From Vicugna vicugna (lineage: Eukaryota): a DNA stretch of 64,000 bases. Shown here piece after piece: positions 23,420 to 35,930 of this stretch (positions are counted from its first letter, which is position 1; each line of letters begins with the position of its first letter). The translations under genes and the position numbers were made by a program. A model generated the notes under the pieces. That model did no database searches. It had not been told where the DNA came from and saw nothing but the letters and a program-made list of their open reading frames with translations. The stretch is taken from contig MU057640.1 in the NCBI GenBank assembly GCA_013265495.1, positions 691,303 to 755,302 of the forward strand, read 5' to 3'.

Positions 23420-23509
23420 CTTCTTCTTGGCCAGCAGCAAGTCCTGGTAAGCGTTGGACCGGAGGAAGCGGGCATAGCTGTCACTCTTCATCAGCTTGTA
23501 GATGTGCTC
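23420..23509 (-). CDS. RGS6: RGS6 internal exon (exon 16), end of the RGS domain; 90 nt, phase 0-0
   Basis: ccttcccag|GAG CAC ATC...AAG AAG AAG|gtatct. Translates [30 protein letters not shown], containing the RGS-box M..DSY.RF motif; seen in ORF 23348..23653. Confidence 0.98.
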
Positions 23510-23859
23510 CTGGGAAGGGAGGGGGCGGGGAGACAAGGAAGAGCTGTCAACCGACAGGGAAGGGGACTGCAACCCAGCTGGCCACTGGGAAGGGCTGGGG
23601 AAGAAACAAGTGAACCAAAGCATCCTGTATGTACCTGGAAAAATCTGTAACATGTGTGCTTTGTTTTGTTTTTGTTTTTTTGTTTTTGTTTTTTTTTCCC
23701 ACTCAGAAACACCAGCCCAAACCTATTTTCTCTCTTAGAGTGAAAGAGCCTCGAGGACAGGTCCCAGAGGCTTTGTAATCGGGCTTTGTGCCATGCTGGG
23801 ATGCGGTATTGCTTAGTGCTTAAAACCAGAGGCACAGAAATAAGAAGGAAGAAACTATC

Positions 23860-24343
23860 AATGTGCCCAACCACTTGGCTGAATCTCAGAGGAATTATGA
23901 TGAATGAAAAAGGCCATACATGCTGTATGAGTCCACTGATACGACATTCTTGAAATGACAACTTATAGAAACAGACAACAGATTGGTGGGTCACAGAGGT
24001 TAGGGATGGGGGAGGGGAGGGAAAGGGAGGGAGGTGTGGTTATAAAAGACAATATAAAATGTTCTTGTGGTGATGGACTAGCTCTGCATCGTGATACCCC
24101 TTACACATGCGATACTGTTGTAAAAAACTAAACATATACATACAGGTGGAGGACAGGTGGAATCGGGAAATCTGATAAACTCAGTGGCCGTAGCAATGTC
24201 AATGTCCTGGCCATGATGTTGTACTGAGTTTGCAGCTGTTACTATTAGGAGAAACTGGGTAAATGGGATATCTCTGTATTCTTTCTTACAACTGCTTGTG
24301 AATCTAGAAGTATCTCAAAAGAAAATTTTTAATTAAAAAAAAA
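23860..24343 (+). mobile_element. L1MB/L1MC-type 3'-end fragment
   Basis: gaatctcagaggaattatgatgaatgaaaaaggcca...tacatgctgtatgagtccactgatacgacattcttgaaatgacaa...acagattggtgggtcacagaggttagg, ending in an A-rich tail. Confidence 0.8.
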
Positions 24344-25694
24344 GTCCACAGGCAATGATACAATTGGCTCAGTTTGTGCATGTCAGGGCCACCATCCCAT
24401 CCTGGAAGGATGTCCTCGGAACCAGATCACAGGGGCACGTGGGCAAATATGCCAGGCCTGAGTCTTCCATCCAGGAGGGGCAGGCGCTGTGTCATGGTGC
24501 CTTCTTGGGCTCCTAGAGGCATTCCATTCTGGCCATGGCAGTGAATTGCACCCTTGAGTTCCAGCTAATTTCTATAACCTCATGATCACTTCCTAATAGG
24601 TCTGTCCTCATTAAGGGCAGGGAAAGCCTGCTTCATTAAAAGAGGGAGCTTGTCGATTGATAAAGGGTTTCTTATCAGTTGAAATGGAAGGTAGCTTAGC
24701 TGCACAGGGAAGCCTGGTTGTCCCAAGAGAGGACCTGTTAGGAGGAGAGTGGCTTTCCCTAGGGAGGGCGGGGTCATTAGACAGGGAAGCAGCTTCTCTG
24801 ATGTACACTCACTGTTCTTCCCACAAAGCTGGACCGGGGCCCCAGCACTCGGGGGCGTGGAGAGCTGGTCACTGAAGAGAGTGCTCAGCTGAGAGGCTGG
24901 ACTGGACCTCTTCCTTGGGCACTCTTCCCAGGGTGAGGGCAGAGACCTTGCCTCAGCTGGGGGCACATTTTAGAGCTACCTGGCCTGACTGCTGGTACAT
25001 CCCAGAGGAAGCTGGGTGATGACAAGGGCTTGCCAAGACCCACCTCAAAAGAAAGTGAAAGCAGGAAGCAAGTCAGCTTGGCGGCACGTGGAGCCCTCTC
25101 TGCCCTCTCCGCTCAGCTGGACCACATGCAAATCTGTTTGGGCAGCAGCTTCACTCTTGCCCAGATGCCCCCATATTTACAAAAGCGGGGTGCAACCCTG
25201 CTTATGGGAAGGGACCACTGCAAGGGAGCCAAGGAAAGTGAAATGCTGGCTTCGAGCTGAATCTACCTGAATAATTCAGATGTGTTCCGATTTAATAAAC
25301 TTAGTGAGAACATGCCCCACTGAGTGTTTTTCTGCAAATTTCAGACAAAAATCCGGCCCACTCTAGTTTAAGTTCCTTGAGGGAACAATATGGTTCAATC
25401 TCATATATGCCTAGCGTCCAGCACAGGGTTAAATGTTGGTGGAATTTATGCAACTTTTGGGTTCGCTGAAATGCTGGTCTGAGTTTAACATTCCGTGAAT
25501 TTGCAGGCTTGATACTAGCTTCGGTTTATGATCGGACAAGTTCCGCTCTCTGTGTGGAAAGAGAGTAGGGGTCATGCCCAACTCAGAGGAAGTCCGTATG
25601 TGGACACCTCGGCTCCGCCCTAATGGCCTCGGAGCCCAGACTAAAGGACATCACGGTCTTTGTTTGCATTTACTGTCTCTTTAAGTTGATCGAA

Positions 25695-25810
25695 CCTATA
25701 ATGAAAAAGAATACAAAAAAGAATATATATGTATAACGGAATCACTTTGCTGTACACCAGAAACTAACACGACACTGTAAATCAACTATACATCAATGAA
25801 ATAAATACAT
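25695..25810 (+). mobile_element. Short 5'-truncated artiodactyl L1 3' terminus
   Basis: gaatcactttgctgtacaccagaaactaacacgacactgtaaatcaactatacatcaatgaaataaa; reverse complement of the L1 end at 58690-58750. Confidence 0.8.
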
Positions 25811-26269
25811 GAATGAATGAATGAATAAATACATAGGTCTAACATTTGCATGTTAGGTGCAAATGTTAACCCAGAGTGAAAATGGCTCACTGCCTTTGTT
25901 TTTGTCTCAGACATCACTTCTGTCTGGCCAGCAAAGCCAGGTGGCCCCTGAGTCATCTGGAAAGGCTTGTCACTCATGCCTGGACCCTCTCCAAACTCCT
26001 CTCCAAGGCAACAGACCCCTGTGTTCTGTTCTGGCTTCTCAGAGGAATCTAAATCCCCAGGCAAATCTCACAAAATCCCCCCCTGCTGCCCCGAGAGGAG
26101 TAAGGAAACCTCTTCCTGCCTCGCCCTTCTGGCCTTGCCACAAATTTCACCCCCAACCCAACGAATTCCTTCAGCCTCATCCCGGGCAGGAAAAGCCCGG
26201 TTCATTGAAAGAATTTGTCAGTTGAGAAAGACCAGGAGAAAGCAGGTGCCTCCACATTTGAGCCTCAAA

Positions 26270-26480
26270 CATCCAGCAAATGTTTTTTGGGCATCTCTTA
26301 GGTGCCAGGCACTGTGTCAGGTGTTGAGATTACAGCGCAACCAAGACAGAAGAGGTCCCTGCTGTCATAACGCTCCGATCCCATTCCGCAAAGCTGTGCA
26401 TGACCAATGGAGCTAAGGGCCACAGGGAAGAGATGCAAGTTCAGGGTGCCGTGAGCAAGTCTCAGAGGGGATGACCTGCC
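26270..26480 (-). mobile_element. L2 3'-end remnant
   Basis: cagcaaatgttttttgggcatctcttaggtgccaggcactgtgtcaggtgttgagattacagcg...aagacagaagaggtccctgc. Confidence 0.6.
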
Positions 26481-27429
26481 CTGCCAGAGGTGGGGAATGG
26501 TTGTCCATCAACCAGAAAGACACTCATTGAGAAAGGAAGAGCTGAGCAGACAGAAACGACACGTGTCTCCCAATTCCTAGCCCACTCGAGCAGGAAGGAC
26601 AATCCAGGCCGAGGAGGAAGAAGCAGCCAACAGCGGTCCCCTCTCCAGGGGATCCGCGTGGGTCAGAGGAGCAGTTTGGGCACCGCTCTCATCCCCCTCT
26701 GCCACGTGGCAGCTCTAAAGCCGGACCAAGGCGGGGAGGCGCGGGGAGAGAGCAAGGCGCGAGCGCACGCCCGCTGGGGGTGGGCTGCAGCCCGCGGTCT
26801 CCTTCCGCCGGCCCCGCTACTGGCCCTCGGCCCTCATCATGACCCTTCCAAATTCCCCTGTAAGGAAACAACCAGCAGAGCAACAAGAGCAGGTGCGAGG
26901 CGTGATCCGAGAAAAACGGGATCTAAGAACCTCTGCAGATCCCTCACGCCCCGCTGCAGGGCCCGGGGCTTCAGGCCCCTCCGGCCTCCTTTCCCACCTC
27001 TGGGTCCAGGACGCGCCTCTCCCCTCCTCTCCTCCCCCAAGCAAAGAAATGGAGCCTTTGGTGTACCCGGTTACGGACCTCTGTTCCTTCCTCCTTGCCA
27101 GCTTTGTCTAAGAAACACAAAGACAGTAAACAGGGGGTGGGAGAACGGAGCGCTGAGGTTTTTCTGGGAATGAGAATTAAGATAGGACTCAGGGTCTTTG
27201 GCCAGTTCCCAAATGCAATGAGTTTATCACTGCCAGGGACAGCAAGTGTACAAAGCTCTTGGCAGTGACCCCTACTGATTTATGAGGGGTTCTGGTTTGT
27301 TTCCCCTGCTCTGTAGACAACCAGCCTTAAGGAAAACGTATACCCAGAATCCGCAAAGAGCAGGAGAGCCGCCAGCAAGAGCAGTGAGCGAGTCCCTGAG
27401 GGGCCCGAGGGAAAGAGGTCTGCTCTTCG

Positions 27430-27630
27430 CTTCTTCGCTTTTCCCTGTCTTGTCTTTTCACATTTCATTTCTCCCTTTCTCTCTCCATCCTTCCCTTCCT
27501 CTCTGTCCTTTTTCTCTTTCCCTCTTTCTCTGTTTTTTTTCTCTATCTTCCCTCCGTCCCCCCTCCCTCCCTCCCTTCCTTCTTCCCTTCCTTCCCTCCT
27601 TCCACCCCTCTCTCTTTCCCTCTCTCTCTG
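27430..27630. repeat. Pyrimidine-rich low-complexity tract ((CCTT)n/(CT)n-like)
   Basis: About 200 nt almost entirely C/T on the plus strand. Confidence 0.9.
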
Positions 27631-27944
27631 AAGAACAACTGGTTGAGTTGACTATGAACATGCAGAACTACTAGCGTCTGCATCTGCCTTCCTGACACGC
27701 AGGGAGGCACCTGCTCCAGGGAGGGTGAGGATGGTTCTCCATACATTGAGAAGCGGATGCACTAGGGCCGAGGTCATATTGAGTATCTTAGCCACAATTC
27801 TCAGTGGGGGGAGGGAATCACGCCCCTGTGAGATGTCGCTCCGATGAGACACTCCACTCTCATTTCCCCTCTTGGGCTTGGCCCCGGGACGGGAGCTCTG
27901 CTGACCTGGGATGCAAAGGCAGAAGCAAAACCAACTGGAACCAT

Positions 27945-28060
27945 AGCCAGTATATTATAATAACCTTTAAGGGAGTGTAATCTAGAAAAATATCGAATCA
28001 CTATATTGTACATCTGAAACTAATATAATATTTTAAATCAACTACACTTCAATGAAGAAT
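27945..28060 (+). mobile_element. L1 (L1MA-like) 3' terminus fragment
   Basis: aatatcgaatcactatattgtacatctgaaactaatataatattttaaatcaactacacttcaat. Confidence 0.75.
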
Positions 28061-31000
28061 TCTTTCAGAAAAAATTTTTTTTAAATGGAGAGAAAGTTAA
28101 AAAAAACCCCAAGCCCCCAAAACAACTAGAACCAGGGAGTCTGAGACACATACAGGAGCTGGAGGGTGTGAGCAGTGCAGGCTGTCGCTAAACCACACCT
28201 GCTACAATCGATGTTTTGCAGTGAGAGTCCTCACTTGGAAATCTCCTCTATTTTTAGACAGAACACTTTGGCCCTCACAAAGCCAGGGGAAGGTCGTCAG
28301 ACAAATGCCCGGGTCTTGGGAGCCGCTGAACTACTTAGGAACACCCTTATGTCTTCCTCTTTGCTGTGGGTTCCTGAAACAGCTAAGATCTCATTTCCCA
28401 GGGTTAGAACATCCTTGTGGAGTGGGGGACCACTCATCTGGAGCACTGTACAGCTGCCAAGAGCCCTTCTTGGGATCTTCAAGTGCCCTGTTTTTCTTTC
28501 TGCAGAGGTATGTGCCTCGTCTCTCTCCTCCACACCCAAGCTTCCTGGAACAACCACCAGACTTCGGGAACTTCGGGGTCCCTCGCGGTCCCTTGAAGGA
28601 AGAGGAGGCTGTGGGGCGGGGTGCCATGTTGCTGCATGAGATACAGGAAAGGCAGCCAGGGCTGGGGTCCAAAAGCTCGGATGCAGGTCCTGACTCTGCC
28701 TTTTCTAGCTCCATCTAGCACACTGGTAACCGAGGAAATAGACATGAACACTACAAAAGCTATACACACGTAAAGTAATGATGCTAACTGGCCTTCGTGG
28801 TGGGACTGTCCTGGCCAGGAGGACATGGGACCAAAGACTGGAAGATTCCTGGGGGAGGAGGGAAGGTGGAGCAGAGGCTTCGGGAGCAGAGTCCAGCTGT
28901 ATTACGTCTGTTGCTGCTGTCATTTGCTCTGAATCAGTGCTTAGGTTGAAACAATCCCATTTTACAGACAAGATAGTAAAGCTCTCCAAGGTTGAGTGAC
29001 TCGCCCAAGCCCCCAGCCAGGACTGGAGCCCAGGGCTGTGTGACCCCAAAGCTCACGCTCTTCCATTGGCACGTGCTGCGTTTCATGGTTCTTGAGTTGG
29101 TATTTCGTCAGGTTGTGTGGCTGAGACAGAGCCTTCAATGTGTGGTCAGCAGAAGCGTTAGGGGCCTCTTCGAGTTTTAGTCTGAGTCATCTTAGAGGCA
29201 GACGCAGCCGTCACTCACCATTCCCCCGGGGAACTGTTTACCATCACTGTCGGCCACGGCCGAGTCTCCGGGGGTGAGGAGGGCTCTGGTTTCTCACCTC
29301 ACAGGTCCTGTACAACTTGCCTTCCACACCAGAAGGAAGGGCCCCGACCTGGCCAGGCGGGCCCCTGGGAAGTCATAGGCAGCAAGTCTGTCCCATAGAA
29401 AGACTCCCAGAAGATCCCGAGTCTCAACTTTCAAGAGACTCTTGAGTATCTTAAACTAAAAGTCTTCAGACCTTAGGCACGGTTAGCTGAAGCCCAGGGA
29501 AAATTAACCCTTTCTTCACTAGGGGCCTTGCAGAAGGACAGGGTAGGCCTGCACAGTGGTAGGGAATTGATGGGGATCCTAAATCACTATCCGCTTAATA
29601 AGCAGAAAAGACACCACAGCCATATGGCTGCTCCCTTGAGTGAAGACAGCTGGTTGTCCTCATGGATGCAGCTTTGGATGACCTTCCCAGGAGCACGGGG
29701 ATCTTAAATAAGAAGCCCCCATTTGGATTTCTTTGTTCTTCTAAGCAGGACATGGCGGCCACTGTTTCCACCGAATGCAACATTCAAGTCATAAGAGAGT
29801 GCAAGAGTGAATTATCTTTTGCCTTCACCCTGCAAGCATCTGTAAAAACATGTTCAATTTAACCAGCCAACGGGCACAGTGTTTTGATGCTGTTCAATCC
29901 CTATTCTTAGATAAGAGCAGCTTCAAAGACAGCTTTGCATATTTCCTTTCACCTACCCAGATACCATGGGTACTAACTTAGACAAGTGTTTCCCTCTCCT
30001 CTTCAAGGTCATGGGGTTTGGTGCAAGAAATCTTTGCTCTGAAGCATCAACAAACACATTTTGGAATTTAGTTCTCTGATGCCTTCTCTCCAGAAACTAC
30101 TCTGTATGGTAATAAACAGAATCCGGTCACAAACAACGTATTTGTCCTTTTTAAAAATGCATCCCTGCCTCTGCTGTTCATCTCCCTAAAATAAAACCAC
30201 CCACAGAATAAAGTGAGTAATTCCTGGAGCCAGCAGTGCCATAGCATTTTTTATTAAAATATGTCTGGCATGGGAAGTCTACCAGGAAACGCCCTCCAAA
30301 TGAGAATTAATATCCGGAAACTTGGGGCAGTCTCGTGATACTGGCCCACAGCGCCACCACCTCCACCTCTGGGACAAAGATTAACAGCCTCCACCAAGCG
30401 AGGAAGACTTCTGCTTCTGAGTAATCTGGGACAAACCCAAACTTGGGCTCCACTGGGCTCTGGCTTTTGAACGAAGCAAACATTAGAAGCCTGGCGTTCC
30501 TTAAACAAACTGATTTTCAACTTCTAAGTTTAGGTAATAATAGAGCAGGTGACTAGCAGCTTCGTGTCTGCTCGGAGTGGGTGCAGGCTTGATGGTCTAT
30601 TTCTCAGGTCTTGTATCGTCCTGACTTCATTTTGGCCTTGAGGTTGCTCTTTGATCATGCCACGCATGCGTGATGGCCAAAGTAGAGTTTCGCTAACTGA
30701 GATTGGGGTCTGCGTAAGAGAAGGGACCCTCCTATGTATCTGTTCATTCTCAGAGCCTAGAACATCTGGTCCTCAGTGGTATTCCAGGTTTTGCTGAGGT
30801 GGCATAAATTGAATTTAACCAGTATTTCTTGATCACTTGCTATATGTAGATGATCTTGCCCTGGGTTGTGGGGCAAGACTTTTCAAAGTGGAAAGCCAAG
30901 GGACAAATTGCCTTTTTTTTTTTTTTTATTTTAAACCACAACTGTGTGCAGAGCATTATTTTAGTGTTGTGGGGACTTACAGAAGGCAAGGAAGACCAAA

Positions 31001-31959
31001 TGTGTGTTCCCAGAAAAGAACTTCCAAGTCTAAAGGTGCTGGAAGGCTCAGACACCCCAGGGACAGGTCTCGGTGGGGGGTTTCAGCAGGGGCTTCAGGT
31101 CAGGAAAGCAGTGGGGCCTGAACAGCTGGGAAACTGACCTGGGAACCTGCAGGGACCGAAGTCAAAAGGTTGGGTGGGTCAGCCCGATTCAACTGTCAAT
31201 CCATTTGACAGACAGATTTCCAATCCAATCCAATCCAATCCAATCTCAATGAAGTGTTTTCTCAGGCCTGCTTTGTTTTGTTTGTAAAGAATGTTGTGCT
31301 CTTGGGCAAGCTCTGCCCAATGGCAAAAAGCCATCTGGGCCTCCTATATCTTCTGCAATTTCCCCCAGCGTCTTCATAGCCCACAGGTCAAGGCCTCACA
31401 ACTCGATGGGGGAATGAATGTTCATGAAACGGATGGATGGGGAGAGTGGCACACCCTTTGGAACATCCTTGGAGACTTTTAAAATCGAAGCCAGGCAGCT
31501 GCTGCACCAGCCAGCTGACTCCCTCCTCCCTCCTGAGGCCTGTGGAGGATCTGCAAAGAGGTGAATGCCCCAAGAGGAAGCCTCAGGCTCTCAGTACTTC
31601 CTGTGGTTTCATTCTCTCCTCCAGAAACCACCTGCAGAGCCTCAGACTGCATGCCTCAACGTTCAGATCTCTCTCCATCCAGATTGCTCTGCCCACCACC
31701 ATCTGATTCCCCCTCTTGCAGCTCAAAGCCTGCAATTGCTGTCTCCAGGGTGAGAAAATTGAAATTCCTTAGGAAGACACTCAGGGCCCCCCAAATTTGG
31801 CTCCTACAGACTTTTATTTTTGCATTTTCCCCCAAGAACGCCATCCAAGAGCCGACATCTTCTTGGCAGAATTCTTTTTAGATCTAGCTTGAAATTAGGA
31901 GACCTCAGGGTATAGTAAAGCCATTAATTTTTGTGAGTTCACGTGTATAAATATATAGC

Positions 31960-32140
31960 ACCTTTTACTTACTTAAAGAATTTTCAGGTCTATTAGCTCA
32001 ACTGATTTCTTAAAAATCCTTAGAGGCTTGTAGAGAAAACATCACTCCCATTTTACAGATGAGAAAACTGAGGCATAGAAGGACAAGAGCCTTGCCTGAG
32101 ACCACATAGCAAGTGGGTGGCAATGCAGCTCTCCTGATGC
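31960..32140 (-). mobile_element. MIR remnant
   Basis: cccattttacagatgagaaaactgaggcataga...cttgcctgagaccacatagcaagtg. Confidence 0.8.
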
Positions 32141-33300
32141 CCCAAGACTGAGAACAGATCATTCAATCCCTACCATAAAGAAGCGAGTCCTTTAAAAAAA
32201 AATCATGGCTCATTTTTCTTTTTTCCTCCCCTCACGATGCTAAATCTATGAAATTGGAACAACACATCAAATGGCTAAGGGCTATGGTCACGGCCCACAG
32301 ACCTTTACGGAAGATTTGGTCTTGGCCCAAATTTTCAAAAAAAAAAAAAAAAGCCAAATGGATCAGCCAAACACAAGCGCAAATCCTGGGCCTGTGCTGA
32401 CGGCGTCTTGTGAGCTGTTTCCACAGGAAGCAAACACACGCAATTAACTTTGCCGTAACAATGCATGTGGTTAAAGGAAAAACAAAACACTCAGAGGGAG
32501 CCTGCACCCCACCCCCAGCCCCCAATTTCAAACGATTCCATAAATCTGAGCCTTCACTCTGGAGACTGACCCCTAATAGCAGGACACATGCTCACACGTC
32601 TGTCGGCATTTTGACCACTGTTGGTGGGGGGAGCATCTGAGAACCATCGTGACCAGCTGAGGAATCCACCCCAAGCTCCTGATCCCAACAGGGGGATGAA
32701 GGGGACCGTTCCAAAGGCCTTAGGTGTCACCATTCCCACTTCTCAGAAGGGCAAACTGAGGAGAGCAAGCTTAAAGGATTTACAGGTACAATCCTAGGCA
32801 AAGCATACGGCCAAAACAGGATCAGAGCCTGCTCCCCAGCTTGGTGCCCTTCTCCAGGGACCAGAGTTTCTCCAGGTCTCTACATGACAACCAAGCTCTC
32901 AGCTCTAACAATACAGGGCAGTGTGGTCTAGGCAGCAGACTCTTAGCCAGCAAGCTGGGAGATCTGAGAGCAAGTCTTGGCTGGATCTTAGTCTCCCCTC
33001 CTTACCTGGAAACTTTTGAGGCACACCTGTGTAACTGGTGCAGGCAGCAGTGCTGGCCAGGAGGGGTGAGGCACTGTGAGGATCGTGGGACTGGCTGACT
33101 TCTCCTTGGTCTGCTCTGTAACCCTCGACACTGATGTAGAAATATTTGCAGAGACTGGTGTGTGGCTATTACTGCACCAAGACTGTCTTCTCTAACCTAC
33201 TCTCCCATATGAACGGAAGATCAACCACGCTCAACCCTCTGTCTCGTATCTTTCTGAATTTCCTAGGCATGTCAATGATTTTCCTGACACATTGTTCAAC

Positions 33301-33620
33301 CCGGGGGTCTCAAACTTTAGCTCACTGTCTTATTTCTGTATGTCCCGCAAACTAAGAATGGTTTTTACATTTTTAAGTGGCTGAAAAAAAATTAAAAGAA
33401 GAATAGTTCATGAACAACTATATGAAATTGAACTTTCAAGGTCCAAAAATAAAAATTTTCAACACAGCCCACTTATTTTTTACTCTTAAATTTTACTCTG
33501 TTACTCTGTAACAGAATAGTTGTTTTTGTATGACAGAATTGAGAAGCAGTGACATAGACCACGTGACCCACAAAGCTCAAAATTTAAACTACCTGGCCTT
33601 TAACAAAATAAAGTTAGCCT
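33301..33620. mobile_element. hAT-Charlie MITE (MER58B-like)
   Basis: ggggtctcaaacttt...ctaagaatggtttttacatttttaagtggctgaaaaaaaattaaaagaagaata...cccacaaagctcaaaatttaaactacctggcctttaacaaaataaagtt. Confidence 0.75.
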
Positions 33621-33839
33621 TTTACATCAACTCTTAGTTTAGCGTAAGAGGCAGGCTACAGAATCATCCAAATTGCATACTCACCCTATACATATACATT
33701 GAAAGAGAAAAAAACAGAATAGGGGTTAGCTCTGGGTAGTAAGGCTATATGCAATTATTTGAATTTTTTTCACTAAACTTGTTGAACATAAAAGTATAAG
33801 ATAAGAACACTAATGACATCAGGAAAATACAATTGTAAA

Positions 33840-34005
33840 TATCTTATTTTACTTATTTGACCAGATGCTGTTAGTGGTTGACGTGCTTCGTTTCATCTAA
33901 TTCCCTCTTCACAGTATAGGTACTGTTGTATCTCTGTTCCACAGATGAGGAAAAGAAAATTCAGGGCGTTTCAGTAACTTGCTCAAGGTCATACTGCTAG
34001 TGAGA
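33840..34005 (-). mobile_element. MIR remnant
   Basis: ctgttccacagatgaggaaaagaaaattcaggg...gtaacttgctcaaggtcatactgctagt. Confidence 0.7.
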
Positions 34006-34329
34006 AGCACTTTGTGTGTTTATGATGGACACATATTAAGAAACAAAAGGGAATAGGCTGAAAACAGAAACTGGTTTAGGAAGAGTGCTTTATTAGAAAT
34101 TCATAGAAGCCCAGTCCCAGCAGACAAGGAGGAAGTTAGAGATGCTTTGGGTACCCTTCCTCAATAAGGAGATATAATATATTTGGAAGTAGCCTCCCGA
34201 AAAACGGCAGAGCACTGCGCTAATGAAATGGAGGCTGTGTATTCAGAAACATGTCAAGACACAACACGCTGACTTTCCAAGTTTTCCCACCAAGTATTTC
34301 TTGAATTAGTAATGACATATGTCAAGAAG

Positions 34330-35930
34330 AGGACTGGTTGACTGAACTATGGTGTTTCCAAACAATGGAATACTATGCAGCTATTAAAGAACCAGGCAAT
34401 CATACCATTGTTGCTGGTGCTGGCACTGTCATTTTGAGACCACTCTGTGGTAATGCAGGACAGAGCAAATGATGTGGAGTACTAATGCGATCATTTATGG
34501 TGTCCTTGGGAACTCGGATTCTCAGCATAGAGAACAGAGACACAGAAATAAGCAAGAAGACGTTAAATAAAATACCCTATGGTTTTGAATTTGAATGGGA
34601 AGTGTCAGTATGAACTCATGATGTATTTTTATCACAAGCAACAACCACCTATTTCTTAGCTCTGGTCACTGAAAAGGCCTAGAAATGATGACCAACCCAG
34701 GAACAATGAGTGCCTATAAGTACCCAGATTATGGTCTCTAAAAACCATTTTCCACTAAGAGGAGCTAGGGATCCCTGGAGAACTAGCTGATTCCAGGTCT
34801 GGAAAAGGATCTGGATGATCTTAGCTTCTCTGATATTTGGATGACATCAAAGACTTACTAGGGTTATGTCAGAAGGAGCCAACTAGCCAGAGATGGTACA
34901 ATCCAAGCATCAATAAAAAGAATATACAGAGTGGATTAAGACATATCAAATATGTTTAAACCCGTGGATTTACAAGGATACTGAAAAACACCAAAAAACC
35001 CTAATTGGTCACCACTGGAAAATGACAGTAAAACACTCAATATTTTTTAAATTGGCAAATAAAGGGAATGAATCAAACATGCATCCCATTTGCCCTATGT
35101 GAATTGTATTCTAGATTAATCAAATGGTAGATGCGTTTGAGTATTTGTATTTCAGTTAACGCATGGAGAAAGAAAGACAGGATTTGTAACTCCTAATTAA
35201 CTAACGGACCTAAACAATAAACACCAGTGGCTGCTAAAAACCACAGACAGACAACTAGACACCATGTGCCTTCAGACAGGAGAGCACAACAAAGCCTATG
35301 AAGTAGTTTTGCTCACAAAAATCAAACTTAAATCCGATTAAATATCTAATTCAAACTACCAATTTATAGGAAGTGCAGATAGCAGAAGGACACATTAAAT
35401 AGCACCATAGGGTTGCAATCAGGAAAATCCAGACTGTGGAATCTCTACAGCACAAAGTATCCAATTTCTTCATCAAATTAATTGCAAGGGGGTGGGAGAC
35501 TGGGGAAGATGTAAAAGAAACCTGTAGATTACAAGGCACTTAAGAGACATGGTGATCTACTGCGAAGTGTGGGCCTTATTTGGATTTTGGAATTTGAAAT
35601 AATGATTGAAAAAGGTGTTTATGGAACTACTATAAATGTGAACACTTGCATGACATTTGATGATATTAAGAAATAATTACTAATCTGTTAGGGTAGCGTG
35701 GTAATGTTAAAACTAATACTTAAGTATTTATAGATGAAGTGATATAGACTTGGATTTGCTTTAAAACAACCCAGTGGTAGGTGAAATGTAGGTGGAGACA
35801 CAGACAGAATGAGATCAGTCTTGTATTGATGATTGCTGAGGTTGGATGAAGGTGCACAAAGGTTTGAGGTTCTGTTTTTTCTACTTTTCCACATATTTAC
35901 ATGCTTCCATAATAAAAGATTAAAATAAAA
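34330..35930 (+). mobile_element. Old L1 (L1MC/L1MD) 3' region, about 1.6 kb
   Basis: actatggtgtttccaaacaatggaatactatgcagctattaaa at the 5' side; tttgatgatattaagaaataatt...ggatttgctttaaaacaacccag...ttccataataaaag at the 3' side; AT-rich ORF desert. Confidence 0.75.

Noticed and set aside
26490..27173. 227-aa plus-strand ORF, the longest in the track
   Set aside because: GTG start, low-complexity R/G/P composition, no recognisable domain; explained by local GC richness.
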